Positions 19,933-30,742 are shown, counted from the stretch's first letter. The stretch is 57,250 bases of DNA from Bifidobacterium breve (GCA_943328785.2 CALQBJ020000001.1:1-57250), one strand, 5' to 3'. A program made the numbers and translations. Notes: generated from the sequence alone by a model not told the origin.

Positions 19933-21096
19933 ATGCCTGATTTCAACGTGCGTTCCGATGCGGTCAACGTCGAGCAGATCATGGAGCAGATCCGCTCCCG
20001 CATCCGCGAGAAGCGCGGGGCGGATTACACCGAGGCCCAGATCCAGGAACTGGCGAGCGTCAAGCTCGAGAAGTTCCTCGACCCGCGCGGTGTGCGCTCC
20101 GATCTGCTCGAACAGTTCCGCCGTACCCAGCCGCCCTATGCGCCGCCGGAACTCCCCAACTTCGCCTTCGAAGACCAGACCCTCTTCGAGTCGACCCGCG
20201 GGCCGCTGCGCTTCATGCGCAAGCTGCTGCTGCCGATCCTGAAGCTGTTCTTCAATCCGAATCCGCTCATCCAGGCGCTCAACATTCAGTCAACGCTGAA
20301 TGCGAGCGCGGCCGAGCGCGAAGCGAAACGCGATGCGGCTCGCTACGCCTTCGACCAGCTGCACTACGAGGTGATGCACAACCTCGTGCTCGAGACCACG
20401 CGGCTCGGCATCGACGTGAAGAACGTGAAGATGCGGCTCGAATCGCTGGCCAGCCGGCTCGAGTTCAACGAGCGGCGTGCCCGTGCGCTCGAGAGCGTTG
20501 TGGTCTACAAGCCGGCCGACGAAGGCAAGCCTGAGGGCCGGCGTGAGGAGACGCGTCGCGAGGACGGTCGTCGCGAAGACACGCGCCGCGAGGAGAACCG
20601 ACGCGACGAGCCACGACGCGACGATAGTCGCCGACAGGAACGGCAGGAACGCCGCGCCGCCGAACAGCAGTCACGGCCGGCACCCCCTCCGGCCGCGCCG
20701 GCCATCGCGCCAGCGCCCGCCGTGCTCGTGGTCGCCGCCGTCCCTGACGTGACGGCCGCAGACGCTGCGGACGGGACACCGTCACAGGTGGGTGCACCCA
20801 CCGACGGCCCCGGACAGCGGAGCCGACGCCGGCGACGCCGCCGCGGCCGTCGTGGCAGCGGCTCTGCCGCAGCCCTGATGGCTGGCGGACAGCCGTCCGA
20901 TGCAACCGCCGATGGCGACGGCGGCTCCGACGACGAGGGCGAGATGGACGAGTCGACGCCAGATCAGCTCGCTGCCGCCGCAGGGAGCGACGCGGCAGCG
21001 GAGCCGGCGGCGCCACCCGCGCCGGTCGCGGCACCGCGCGAACCGTCCGAGCCGGAGCAGCCGCAGGCCGACCCAGCGGCGACACCAGAACCGTGA
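19933..21096 (+). CDS. Hypothetical protein: conserved-looking helical N-half plus highly charged, low-complexity C-half
   Basis: Start at MPDFNVRSD (19933), 3 nt after the UbiA stop; the ORF track extends it to 19747. The C-half has (x-R-R-E/D-E/D)x8, an R-run 'RSRRRRRRRGRRG', and then an Ala/Pro/Asp/Glu-rich tail. Confidence 0.6.
   Translation: MPDFNVRSDAVNVEQIMEQIRSRIREKRGADYTEAQIQELASVKLEKFLDPRGVRSDLLEQFRRTQPPYAPPELPNFAFEDQTLFESTRGPLRFMRKLLLPILKLFFNPNPLIQALNIQSTLNASAAEREAKRDAARYAFDQLHYEVMHNLVLETTRLGIDVKNVKMRLESLASRLEFNERRARALESVVVYKPADEGKPEGRREETRREDGRREDTRREENRRDEPRRDDSRRQERQERRAAEQQSRPAPPPAAPAIAPAPAVLVVAAVPDVTAADAADGTPSQVGAPTDGPGQRSRRRRRRRGRRGSGSAAALMAGGQPSDATADGDGGSDDEGEMDESTPDQLAAAAGSDAAAEPAAPPAPVAAPREPSEPEQPQADPAATPEP
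20536..20655 (+). repeat. Eight degenerate 15-bp tandem repeats inside a CDS
   Basis: In-frame units read directly: GRREE TRRED GRRED TRREE NRRDE PRRDD SRRQE RQERR. Confidence 0.85.
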
Positions 21097-22553
21097 AGGT
21101 CGCGGTCGTCGTCCAGCGGTACGGGCAGGCCATCAACGGCGGCGCCGAACTGCACGCGCGGTACATTGCCGAGCACCTGGCGCGCCACGCCCAGGTGGAG
21201 GTATGGACCACCTGTGCCACCGACTACGTCACCTGGCGCAATGAGCTGAAGTCTGGCGAAGAGCGCGTGAACAACGTGCCGGTGCGCCGCTTCCCGGTGA
21301 AGCACGAGCGCGATCCGCTCACCTTCGGGCGGCTCTCCGAGAAGGTCTTCCACCGGACGCATTCGGTGGCGGACGAACTCGACTGGCTCGAGGCCGAAGG
21401 GCCGACCAGCCCTGGGCTCGTCTCGCACATCACGAAGCATGCAGGTGAGTTCGACTTCTGCATCTTCTTCAGCTATCGCTACTACCACGCCTTCCATGGG
21501 GCGCGCGCCGCGGGCACGAAGGCGATCCTCGTGCCGACGGCGGAACGCGATCCAGCGGCGGGGTTGTCGATCTTCGCGCCGATCTTCCGCGGTGTTCGGG
21601 CGCTCATGTACAACTCGCCGGAAGAGCGCGCCATGATCCAGGGCATCGCCGGCAACGCGCACGTGCCCTCGGTTGTCGTCGGCGTCGGCTCCGAGATTCC
21701 CGCGAATCCGCAACCGCAGCGCTTCCGCCAGAAGCACAACATTCGGGGCCCCTTCGCCGTCTACGTCGGGCGCATCGACGAGAACAAGGGCTGCCGCGAA
21801 CTCTTCAGCCACTTCAACGCCTACCTGCGCGACCGCGTCGGGAAGTTGACGCTGGTGCTGATCGGCACCTCGATCCTCGACATCCCGGTGCATCCGCGCA
21901 TCCGCCATCTCGGCTTCCTCGACGATGCGGACAAGTTCGACGCGATTGCGGCGTCGGAGTTGCTCATCATGCCGTCGTTCTTCGAGAGCCTGTCGATGGT
22001 GGCGCTCGAGGCGTGGGCACTGGGCAAGCCGGTGCTGGCCAACGCGAAGTGCGACGTGCTGAAAGGACAGTGCATCCGCAGTAACGCCGGGCTCTACTAC
22101 GAGAGCGCCACGGAGTTCGCCGAGACGCTGCGCGCGATCGAATTCAACAAGTGGATTGCCGGCACGCTCGGCAAGAACGGCCGCCAGTACTACCGCGATA
22201 ACTACGACTGGCCGGTGGTCGAGCGCAAGTATCTCGACATGCTGCAGCGCCTGTCGTACGGGACAGCGCCGGACGGCTTCGAGCCGCTGCCTGGATGGAT
22301 GGACCGGCGCAAGGCCACCTGTCCGCCCGCGGCCGAGGTCGTCGCCGCCGCACCGGGCGGTCCCTCGTCTGCGCCCGAGATGACGGTGCCGCGACCGATG
22401 GGTCCGGTGTCGCCGCCTCTCCCGACGCGGCCACAGGCCGCCACCGAACGTAGCCGTCCGGTGGCGCCACCGCGCTCAACACAGCCGTCCGCAGGCCGCA
22501 GGCCGCAGGGCCGGAGTCGGCGGTCTGGCCAGGGCGCCGGCGCGGGACGATGA
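21093..22553 (+). CDS. GT4-family glycosyltransferase (type A) with Pro/Arg-rich C-terminal tail
   Basis: EX7E motif 'ESLSMVALE'. N-terminus 'MKVAVVVQRYGQAINGGAELH' is paralogous to ORF 24831. 4-nt overlaps with both neighbours. Confidence 0.8.
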   Translation: MKVAVVVQRYGQAINGGAELHARYIAEHLARHAQVEVWTTCATDYVTWRNELKSGEERVNNVPVRRFPVKHERDPLTFGRLSEKVFHRTHSVADELDWLEAEGPTSPGLVSHITKHAGEFDFCIFFSYRYYHAFHGARAAGTKAILVPTAERDPAAGLSIFAPIFRGVRALMYNSPEERAMIQGIAGNAHVPSVVVGVGSEIPANPQPQRFRQKHNIRGPFAVYVGRIDENKGCRELFSHFNAYLRDRVGKLTLVLIGTSILDIPVHPRIRHLGFLDDADKFDAIAASELLIMPSFFESLSMVALEAWALGKPVLANAKCDVLKGQCIRSNAGLYYESATEFAETLRAIEFNKWIAGTLGKNGRQYYRDNYDWPVVERKYLDMLQRLSYGTAPDGFEPLPGWMDRRKATCPPAAEVVAAAPGGPSSAPEMTVPRPMGPVSPPLPTRPQAATERSRPVAPPRSTQPSAGRRPQGRSRRSGQGAGAGR

Positions 22554-23755
22554 GTACCCATCGTCCCGCCGTTCACCAGGTGCTCGCCACACTCGGCTAC
22601 GGCGACGCCATCGGGCACGAAGTGCTCGGCATCCAGCGCGTGCTCCGAGCAGCCGGGTACGAGTCGGACATCTTCGTGGAGACCGCCGACCCGAGGCTCG
22701 AGTCGCTGACGCGCGACTATCGCGAACTCGTCGACGCGAGCCATCCCGACAACCTGCTGCTGCACCACTTCTCAATCGGCTCGAAGGCATCGCGCACCGC
22801 GTACGCCCTACCCGATCGGATGGCGATCATCTACCACAACATCACGCCGCCCGAGTACTTCGCCGCCGTGCACCGCACGCTGGCGCGCCAGTGCTTCAGG
22901 GGCCGGCGTGAGATCCACGCCTACGTCGATCGCTGCGACATGGCGCTCGGCGACTCGGAGTTCAACCGGCAGGACCTGGTGTCGCTCGGCTTCCCGCGCA
23001 CCGGGGTGCTGCCTGTTGTCCCGGACCTGGCGCACCTCGACAACCCGGCCGACTGGCTGGTGCCGCAGCAGTTCGACGACGAGTGGACGAACGTCCTGTT
23101 CGTCGGCCGCGTCATCGCGAACAAGAAGATCGAGGACGTGATCCGCTGCTTCCACGCGTATCACACCAAGTTCAACCCGCGCAGCCGGCTGATCATCGCC
23201 GGCGTCTTCAGCGTGTTCGAACGCTACTTCGCCGCCCTCACGCACCTCGTGGACGAGCTCGGCCTGCAGCACGTCCACTTCGCCGGGCACGTGTCGGATG
23301 ACGAGCTGATCGCCTACTACGAGCTCGCCGACCTGTTCCTCTGCTGCAGCGAGCACGAGGGGTTCTGCGTGCCGCTCATCGAGGCGTTCTACAAGCAGAT
23401 TCCGGTGCTCGCGTACGCGGCGACCGCGGTGCCAGCAACGATGGACGGCGCCGGTATCCTGTTCGACACCAAGGAGCCGGCCTACGTTGCGGCACTGATG
23501 GACGGCATCCTCTCGAACGCCGAGCTGCAGGATGCGATCGTCGAGGAACAGCTGCACGCGGTTGCGCGGCTGCAGGCCAAGGACTTCGACCGGACGCTCC
23601 TCGGGTTCATCGAGCAGATTCTCGCGGCGCCCCGCAGCGGGGTGCCGCACGTCTCGTTCGACTTCTGGCAGCAGTTCGACATGCTGGAACAGCTCGAGGA
23701 AGTGCGCCGCTACCGTCCGTCCGCCTACTTCGAGTTGCCGGAGCAGCCGGCGTGA
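22550..23755 (+). CDS. GT4-family glycosyltransferase (type B)
   Basis: EX7E 'EGFCVPLIE' and 'FVGRVIANKKIEDVI'; paralogous to ORF 23752. Confidence 0.8.
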   Translation: MSTHRPAVHQVLATLGYGDAIGHEVLGIQRVLRAAGYESDIFVETADPRLESLTRDYRELVDASHPDNLLLHHFSIGSKASRTAYALPDRMAIIYHNITPPEYFAAVHRTLARQCFRGRREIHAYVDRCDMALGDSEFNRQDLVSLGFPRTGVLPVVPDLAHLDNPADWLVPQQFDDEWTNVLFVGRVIANKKIEDVIRCFHAYHTKFNPRSRLIIAGVFSVFERYFAALTHLVDELGLQHVHFAGHVSDDELIAYYELADLFLCCSEHEGFCVPLIEAFYKQIPVLAYAATAVPATMDGAGILFDTKEPAYVAALMDGILSNAELQDAIVEEQLHAVARLQAKDFDRTLLGFIEQILAAPRSGVPHVSFDFWQQFDMLEQLEEVRRYRPSAYFELPEQPA

Positions 23756-24834
23756 TCGTCAACCAGTGGGTGCCCGCGGCCCACAAGGGCGATGCGATCG
23801 GCGACAGCGCGCGAAAGATGCGCGCGATGCTCCGCGCGCTCGGGCACGAGTCCGAGATCTACGCGCTGACGATCGACGACGTGCTGCAGGGCGACGTCCT
23901 GCCGTTCTCCGATCCGGCGGCCCACCGCGGCGACTTGACGATCTTCCACTACGCGCTGCCGTCGCCAATGACCGAGGCGTTCGCTCGGCTGCCGCGTGGC
24001 CGCGTGATGCAGTACCACAACGTCACGCCCGCACATTACTTCGCGCCCTATTCGCCGACCCTCTTCCGCCTGGCGTCGCTGGCGCGCGCCGAACTCCAAA
24101 CGCTGGTCGGCCAGGTGGACCTCGCCATGGGCGTCTCGGAGTTCAACCGCGCCGAGCTCGAAGCCATGGGCTTCTCGCCCACCGGCGTGCTGCCGCTGGC
24201 CATCGACTTCTCGCGCGTCACGCAGAAGGTGCGGCGGCCGGCCCTCGAGAAGATCCTGTCGAACGATGACATGATCAACTTCCTGTTCGTCGGCCGCATC
24301 GCCCCGAACAAGAAGATCGAAGACCATCTCAAACTGGCCGAGCACTACAAGCGCTACGTCGACTCGTACTACCGCTTCATCTTCGTCGGCAAGTACGACG
24401 CCGTGCCGCAGTACTACGCGGCAATTCGGACGATGATGGCGCAGTACCGGCTGTTGAACGAACGCTTCGTCTTCACCGGCCCGGTGCCGGACGAGGATCT
24501 GGCGGTCTACTACCGCCACTCGGCCGTGTACATCTCCCTCAGCGAACACGAGGGGTTCTGCGCGCCGCTGCTCGAGGCAATGGCCGCCGACGTGCCGGTG
24601 CTCGCGTACTCCGCCGCGGCCGTCCCTGAGACGCTCGGCGGAGCCGGGGTGCAGTTCGCACCCAAGGACATGGAATATGCCGCGGAACTCCTCGGCATCC
24701 TGACATTCGACGATGAGCTGCGAGCGAAGGTGATCGCCGGTCAACGGCGGCGCCTCGCGGACTTCAGTGACGCCAGGCTCGAGGGCGCACTGTCCAGGCT
24801 CGTCGCCTATTCTGGTGGCCATTACCCGTCATGA
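23752..24834 (+). CDS. GT4-family glycosyltransferase (type B')
   Basis: EX7E 'EGFCAPLLE' and 'FVGRIAPNKKIEDHL'; 4-nt overlaps with both neighbours. Confidence 0.8.
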   Translation: MIVNQWVPAAHKGDAIGDSARKMRAMLRALGHESEIYALTIDDVLQGDVLPFSDPAAHRGDLTIFHYALPSPMTEAFARLPRGRVMQYHNVTPAHYFAPYSPTLFRLASLARAELQTLVGQVDLAMGVSEFNRAELEAMGFSPTGVLPLAIDFSRVTQKVRRPALEKILSNDDMINFLFVGRIAPNKKIEDHLKLAEHYKRYVDSYYRFIFVGKYDAVPQYYAAIRTMMAQYRLLNERFVFTGPVPDEDLAVYYRHSAVYISLSEHEGFCAPLLEAMAADVPVLAYSAAAVPETLGGAGVQFAPKDMEYAAELLGILTFDDELRAKVIAGQRRRLADFSDARLEGALSRLVAYSGGHYPS

Positions 24835-26144
24835 AGCTAGCCTTCGTCATCCAGCGCTACGGCGCCGAAGTTCTCGGCGGCTCCGAGCAATTATGCCGTC
24901 TCGTTGCCGAGCGGCTCGCCGGCCAGCACGAGGTCGAGGTGCTGACCACATGCGCCCGCGACTACGTCACTTGGAAGAACGAGTATCCGGAGGGGACCGA
25001 CCGGGTGAAGGGCGTCACGATCCGCCGCTTCGCCAATTCGCGCACGCGCGACATCGAGTCGTTCAACACCTACTCGGACTGGATCTTCAACAACCCGCAC
25101 ACGCGGGCCGACGAGATGGAGTGGCTCAAGCAGCAGGGCCCCTGGTGCCCGCCGCTCATCGAGTACCTGCGGCGCAACCATCAGCAGTACGACGTCCTGA
25201 TCTTCTTCACCTACCTGTACGCCACCACCGTGCAGGGGCTCGAAGTGAACCCCGGCCGCAGCATCGTCGTGCCGACGGCCCACGATGAGCCGGCCATCTA
25301 CCTCGAGATTTTCAAGGACGTCTTCACCACGCCTGGCGCCCTCTGCTATCTCACCGACAGCGAGCGCCGGTTCGTGCACCAGCAGTTCCCCGATCGGCCA
25401 CTGCTCGAGGAACTCACCGGCGTCGGCATCGACATCCCGCAGCAGCAGCCCTATCCTCGCGTGCCGGATCGGCCCGAGGACGAGTCGGCCGCGCCTGCCG
25501 AGGGTGACGCCGCCGAGGCCGACGGTAGCAGCGACGAGACGGCTGAGGAAGAGACTAGCGCGCAGGAGTTCCCGTCGCACATCCTGTCGCGCGGTTCGGT
25601 GTTCCGCCGGCGGCATCGGCTGCACGGGCCGTTCGCGCTCTACGGCGGCCGCATCGATCCAGGCAAGGGCTGCGAGGAACTGCTGAACTACTTCACCAGC
25701 TATGTCGGTGAAGGCGGCGAAGGGACGCTGGCGCTGATGGGTGCGAAGCTGATGTCGCTGCCAGAAGATCCGGCGGTCCGCTTTGCCGGCATGCTGAGCG
25801 ACATCGAACGGGTGCAGGCGCTCGAGGCCGCCACGGTCGTGGTGTGCCCGTCCCCCTACGAGAGCCTGTCGCTGCTCGCACTCGAGGCGCTGGCGGTCGG
25901 TACGCCGATCCTCGTCAACGCCCGCAGCGAGGTACTCGTGGAGCACTGCGTCCGCAGCAACGGCGGCTTGTACTACGCCGACAAGGACGAGTTCATCGAG
26001 TGCATGACGCTGCTGTTCTCCGACGCCCGACTGCGGGCCGCGCTCGGACGCAACGGCCGCGACTACGTGCGGAAGAACTACCGGTGGGACGTGGTGCTGG
26101 CCAAGTACGAGCGCCTCTTCGCCAGGGTGCGAAACGCCCGCTGA
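24831..26144 (+). CDS. GT4-family glycosyltransferase (type A') with acidic insert
   Basis: EX7E 'ESLSLLALE' and N-terminus 'MKLAFVIQRYGAEVLGGSEQL'. Insert 'PDRPEDESAAPAEGDAAEADGSSDETAEEETSAQE' is absent from paralog A. Confidence 0.8.
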   Translation: MKLAFVIQRYGAEVLGGSEQLCRLVAERLAGQHEVEVLTTCARDYVTWKNEYPEGTDRVKGVTIRRFANSRTRDIESFNTYSDWIFNNPHTRADEMEWLKQQGPWCPPLIEYLRRNHQQYDVLIFFTYLYATTVQGLEVNPGRSIVVPTAHDEPAIYLEIFKDVFTTPGALCYLTDSERRFVHQQFPDRPLLEELTGVGIDIPQQQPYPRVPDRPEDESAAPAEGDAAEADGSSDETAEEETSAQEFPSHILSRGSVFRRRHRLHGPFALYGGRIDPGKGCEELLNYFTSYVGEGGEGTLALMGAKLMSLPEDPAVRFAGMLSDIERVQALEAATVVVCPSPYESLSLLALEALAVGTPILVNARSEVLVEHCVRSNGGLYYADKDEFIECMTLLFSDARLRAALGRNGRDYVRKNYRWDVVLAKYERLFARVRNAR

Positions 26145-26147
26145 CCG

Positions 26148-27590
26148 CTAGGTGCCGCCGTCCGAGTCCGGGGTGGGGTCGGCCGGCCCCGCCTGGCGCT
26201 TGCGCCTCGGGCGGATGTCGTACCGCTTGATCATCTCGTGCAGTGTCGTCGGCTTGATGTGCAGTAGTTCCGCTGCCCGCTTTTGGACGCCGCCTGACGC
26301 TTCGAGGGTCGACTCGATGAGCCGCTTCTCGAAGTCGGTGATGACGTCCTTGAACGAGATGCCCTCGGGCGGCACCACGAACTGCGGCATGTGGAAGCTC
26401 GGTGGCCGGCGGACGTGATCCGGAATCAGCTCGACGCCGATGCGCGGACCTGACGTCAGCACCACCGCCCGCTCGACCACGTTCTCAAGTTCCCGCACGT
26501 TGCCTGGCCAGTCGTACTCCGTGAGCAGGTCGAGGGCGTCCGGCGCCACCTCGAGATCCGCCTTGCGGTTCTCGTCGCCGTACTTGTGCAGGAAGTGCTG
26601 GACGAGCAGCGGAATGTCGTCCTTGCGGGCGCGCAGCGGCGGCAACGTGATCGTCACCACGTGCAGCCGGTAGAAGAGATCCTCGCGGAAGCGCCCGTCT
26701 TCCATCGTCTGCCGCAGGTCGGTGTTGGTCGCGGCAATCACCCGCACGTCGGCGCTCACCGACTCGACGTCGCCCAGTCGCGTGAACTCGCGGTCCTGGA
26801 TGATGCGCAGCAGCTTTGCCTGCGTGTCGAGCGGCACACTCGCGATCTCGTCGAAGAACAGCGTCCCCCGATCGGCCAGGTCGAAGAGCCCCTTCTTCGG
26901 GTAGACCGCACCGGCAAACGCATCGCGCACATGGCCGAACAGCGTCGACTCGAGCAGTTCGGGCGAGACACTGCCGGAGTTCACGGCCACGAACGGTTGT
27001 TCGGAGCGCGATGAGTTCGAGTGGATGGCACGAGCGACCAGTTCCTTGCCGGTGCCGCTCTCGCCCTGGATGAGGATGCTCGACCGGCTCGGTGCGGCCT
27101 GGATGATCAGGTCGAACACCTGCCGCATCTTCGGGCTGCGCCCGATGATGTTGCCGAACTTGTGGTACCGCTCCTGGATGTTCTGACGCAGGTTGCGGTT
27201 CTCGTGCACCAACCGCCGGCGCTCCATCGCGTTCCGGATGACGACGAGCACCTCTTCGTTCTTGAACGGCTTGGTGATGTAGTCGAACGCCCCGCTCTTC
27301 ATCGCCGAGATCGCGCTTTCCACAGAGGCATAGGCGGTGATGATGATCACGGCGAGGTCTTCATCAAAGCGGCGCAGTTCGTCGAGCGTCTCGATGCCGT
27401 TGATGCCGGGCATCATGATGTCGACCACGGCGGCATCGAACGGCAGCGCCCGCGCCAGTTCCAGCCCTTCTTCGCCCGACGAAGCGAGCTTCACGTCGTA
27501 ACCCTCGCGCGTCAGGAGGGTCTCGAGGATCTCGCGCATGATCTCCTCATCGTCGACGACGAGGATCGTGCCTTTGCGGATGGTAGCCAT
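26148..27590 (-). CDS. Sigma-54-dependent response regulator (NtrC family)
   Basis: Start at MATIRKGTILVVDDEE (27590). Receiver domain, AAA+ 'GESGTGKE', 'ESTLFGH' and a C-terminal Fis-type HTH 'AAELLHIKPTTLHEMIKRY'. Confidence 0.9.
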   Translation of the reverse strand: MATIRKGTILVVDDEEIMREILETLLTREGYDVKLASSGEEGLELARALPFDAAVVDIMMPGINGIETLDELRRFDEDLAVIIITAYASVESAISAMKSGAFDYITKPFKNEEVLVVIRNAMERRRLVHENRNLRQNIQERYHKFGNIIGRSPKMRQVFDLIIQAAPSRSSILIQGESGTGKELVARAIHSNSSRSEQPFVAVNSGSVSPELLESTLFGHVRDAFAGAVYPKKGLFDLADRGTLFFDEIASVPLDTQAKLLRIIQDREFTRLGDVESVSADVRVIAATNTDLRQTMEDGRFREDLFYRLHVVTITLPPLRARKDDIPLLVQHFLHKYGDENRKADLEVAPDALDLLTEYDWPGNVRELENVVERAVVLTSGPRIGVELIPDHVRRPPSFHMPQFVVPPEGISFKDVITDFEKRLIESTLEASGGVQKRAAELLHIKPTTLHEMIKRYDIRPRRKRQAGPADPTPDSDGGT

Positions 27591-27604
27591 GGGGCGGTTG
27601 ACGA

Positions 27605-30568
27605 CTACTGCCTCGCGCTGCTCCGAAGCGCGGGCTGGACAGCGACAGGCAACGACATGGTGAAGCGCGTCCCCTGGCCGACGGTGCTGTCGCACCGGAT
27701 GCTGCCGTCGTGCTCGCGCACGATGCCGTACGAAATGGACAGGCCGAGCCCGGTGCCGCGGCCGATCGCCTTGGTCGTGAAGAACGGGTCGTAGATGCGC
27801 GCCAGTTGTTCGGGCGGAATGCCGCTGCCGGTGTCCGCAATTTCCACGATGACGCCCGAGCCGTCGGTGCGGGACGACACGGTCAGCCAGCCGCCGCGCG
27901 GCATGGCATCGCGGGCATTGAGGAACAGGTTGAGGAACACCTGCTGCAACTGGTGCTCGATGCCGAGCACGAGCAGCGGTTCCTGCGCCAGCTCACGACG
28001 GACCTTGATGCGCCCCACCTCGAACTGGTGCTCGACCAAGGAGTAGACATCGTTGATGACCGCGTTCAGGTCGACCGGAGCGCGCTCACCGCCCGGCGTG
28101 CCCGGGCGCGACAACGTCAGCAGGCCGTTCACGATCTTCGCGGCGCGGAACGTCTGGCGTTCGATCTTCTCGAGGATCTGGGTGCGCGGGTCGGCCGGGT
28201 CGGCGTTCTCGAGCAGCATCTGCGTGTAGCTGGAGATGCCGGTGAGCGGGGTGTTCACCTCGTGGGCCACGCCCGCGGCGAGCAGGCCGATCGACGCCAT
28301 CTTCTCGGAAATCTGCAGTTGCTCCTCGAGGCGGACCCGGTCGGTGACATTCTCGAGCAGCAGGATGGTGCCGTCCATCGTGTCGCCGCCGCCATGCGTC
28401 TGCAGCGGCACGACTGTCGCGTTCACCAGCAGGCGGGGGGCGACGAGTTCATCCTCGTCGTCTGACGCGCGCGTCTGCAGCGGCACCTTGAACAGCGTGG
28501 CGCCGAGCGGGTTCTCGTCGCGCGCTGCGCGCAACGCCCCGACGAAGCGCTCGTCGAACACATCAGATAGCTGCGTGCCGATGGCGTCGGCCCTGGTGAC
28601 GCCGTAGAACGACTCCAGGGCGTGGTTCCAGCGGACGATGCGCTCGTCCTCGTCGAAGACGACCAGGCCATCATCGAGCGATTCGAGGATGTTCTCGTTG
28701 AACTCGCGCATGCGGCCGAGTTCCTGCGCTTTGAGCTGCAGTTGGCGGTACAGGCGGCCGTTCTCGATGGCCGTCGCCACCTGCCCGGCAACGGCCGTGA
28801 GCAGCGCCAGGTCCTCGCTGTTGAACGGTTCGTCCGACTCCTTGCGTCCGAGCGCGAGCACGGCGATGGCCGCCCCTTCAAATACGCAGGGCACGAAGTA
28901 GTAGATGCCGTGGTCGCGCCAGAACTCAACCTCTTCGGCGTCGAATCGTGCGGCGGAGATCGGATCGTCGAGGGCGATCGTGTGATTGGTGTCGAGGCGT
29001 ACGACGAACGACGACGACCGTGTCAGGCGCGGCACCGACTGCTGGAAGCCGAAGTCGCCGATCGAGTGGAAGTCGCCAAGGCGCTCGTCGGCCAGCATCA
29101 GCGACATCTGGTCGACGACCAGCGTTTCGACGACGCGTGTGACGAGGCGCTGGCTGAGGCGAACGACATCGAGGTCGGTGTTGAGGTCGCGTGCGAAGCC
29201 GACCAGCGCGCGGCGGTAGTCGTAGCGGTCGCGGTAGAACACACGGTCGAGGGCGTTCTGCACCGCGTCCTTCACCGGCTGCGCCAGCAGCACGACCACC
29301 ATCGTCGCCAGCGCGGCCACCACCCAGTTGTGCGGGTCGGTGTCGTCCGAGAAGATGAAGCCAACCGTCTTGCGCATCGCCAGATAGAGCAGGCCGCTGG
29401 CGCCGAGGAACGCGGTATACGCGAGTCCGCGCTTGATGATGACCTCGACGTCGCGCAGCCGGTAGCGGACGATGGCGGAGGCGAACGCGAGCGGTACCAG
29501 CCCGAGCGGTACAGCGGTGAGTTGCAGGGCGAGCGGCGGGTTCGCGCCGAACGCCCACGGCAGCGCGTAGAACAGCGCGTAGGGGCCGACGCCCAGCACC
29601 GAGCCCCAGGCAATCCAGCGCAACTGACGACGGCCCGTCAGCGAGGTGATCTCGCCGAACCCCTTCGCCAGCACCACGATCGCGGCGACCGCGCAGACCA
29701 GCAGGTAGACCGGCTCGAAGCGGTCCAGCACGTCGAGCGTGCGCGACAGTATCTCGCCATTCGACGTCCCACGCGCGACGGCAATGATGCGGCTGGCGCC
29801 GAGGATCAGGGCCGGCGCATACATCGCCACCAGCAGCGCGTAGGGGCGCGACGGCACGCTGCGGCGGCGCGGACGTTCCGGAAAGACGAGCGTGAAGTGC
29901 AGTAGCAGCGGCGGCAGCAGCGCCATCGCCACGGCGTCACCCCAGTAGAACGTCCAGTCGAGCCGATCGAAGGGACCGTTGAACGAGAAGGTGAACGCGC
30001 CGAAGAAGGCGACACAGAGCCAGAAGAAGTGGAGCGTGGCCTGGTCGCGCGGGCGGCGCAGGCGGACCGACGCGCCGACGATCAGCGTGAAGAGACCAAC
30101 GGCGGCGAGAACGAAGTACATCGACGCGGGCCGCGCGGATTCCGCCAGCGACACCTCGAACGCCTCGCGGCTGCCGATGCGCAGGATGGTGTAGGAGAGG
30201 GTCGTGCCGGCGATGCCGCTGTGCTGATACTCGAGGACCTCGGCGGGCGTCTCGACCGCCACACCGTTCACGGCCAGCAGCACATCGCCAGAGTGCACGC
30301 CAGAGACGGCAGCGGGCGAGTCGGGCGCCACCTCCACGGCGGTCACCCCCTGGGCGCGCGCGGCCCAGAGCACGCCGTCTTCCACTTCGTGCCACTTCGC
30401 GCGCATCGCCACGTTCGCGATCCCCAGCGCGACCAGCACCGCCACCACCGCCACGATGAACACGGGACGGGCCCACGTGCGCCACTGCGACGCGTGTGTC
30501 TCCTGACGGAACGCACCAGCCGAGCGCGGTGGCTCGGAATTGGGCATCAGGGTGGACAGATGGGGCAT
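27605..30568 (-). CDS. Sensor histidine kinase: PDZ + multi-TM + GAF + PAS + HisKA/HATPase
   Basis: PDZ-like '[24 protein letters not shown]', about 7 hydrophobic segments, GAF ('[32 protein letters not shown]'), PAS ('[23 protein letters not shown]'), H-box '[11 protein letters not shown]', and 'DTGSGI' and 'GTGLGLSI'. Confidence 0.88.
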   Translation of the reverse strand: MPHLSTLMPNSEPPRSAGAFRQETHASQWRTWARPVFIVAVVAVLVALGIANVAMRAKWHEVEDGVLWAARAQGVTAVEVAPDSPAAVSGVHSGDVLLAVNGVAVETPAEVLEYQHSGIAGTTLSYTILRIGSREAFEVSLAESARPASMYFVLAAVGLFTLIVGASVRLRRPRDQATLHFFWLCVAFFGAFTFSFNGPFDRLDWTFYWGDAVAMALLPPLLLHFTLVFPERPRRRSVPSRPYALLVAMYAPALILGASRIIAVARGTSNGEILSRTLDVLDRFEPVYLLVCAVAAIVVLAKGFGEITSLTGRRQLRWIAWGSVLGVGPYALFYALPWAFGANPPLALQLTAVPLGLVPLAFASAIVRYRLRDVEVIIKRGLAYTAFLGASGLLYLAMRKTVGFIFSDDTDPHNWVVAALATMVVVLLAQPVKDAVQNALDRVFYRDRYDYRRALVGFARDLNTDLDVVRLSQRLVTRVVETLVVDQMSLMLADERLGDFHSIGDFGFQQSVPRLTRSSSFVVRLDTNHTIALDDPISAARFDAEEVEFWRDHGIYYFVPCVFEGAAIAVLALGRKESDEPFNSEDLALLTAVAGQVATAIENGRLYRQLQLKAQELGRMREFNENILESLDDGLVVFDEDERIVRWNHALESFYGVTRADAIGTQLSDVFDERFVGALRAARDENPLGATLFKVPLQTRASDDEDELVAPRLLVNATVVPLQTHGGGDTMDGTILLLENVTDRVRLEEQLQISEKMASIGLLAAGVAHEVNTPLTGISSYTQMLLENADPADPRTQILEKIERQTFRAAKIVNGLLTLSRPGTPGGERAPVDLNAVINDVYSLVEHQFEVGRIKVRRELAQEPLLVLGIEHQLQQVFLNLFLNARDAMPRGGWLTVSSRTDGSGVIVEIADTGSGIPPEQLARIYDPFFTTKAIGRGTGLGLSISYGIVREHDGSIRCDSTVGQGTRFTMSLPVAVQPALRSSARQ

Positions 30569-30720
30569 CGGATGTAATCAGCAGTGGGTGGCGTCAGCGC
30601 CGGACACCAGGCGCGACACACCAACTGATGGTCACATCGTATGGCTGACGCGGGTGGAGAGACGCCTGTTTTCCGTCTGAAATTACTAGGAAAGCCGACG
30701 TTCTCCAATTGCTTGGTTCT

Positions 30721-30742
30721 GGTCTCCGGTATACCGGAGACC
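30721..30742 (-). terminator. Perfect hairpin/palindrome GGTCTCCGG-TATA-CCGGAGACC downstream of the OMP gene (no U-tract)
   Basis: Read directly: 9-bp stem, 19 nt after the stop at 30762. Confidence 0.3.
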
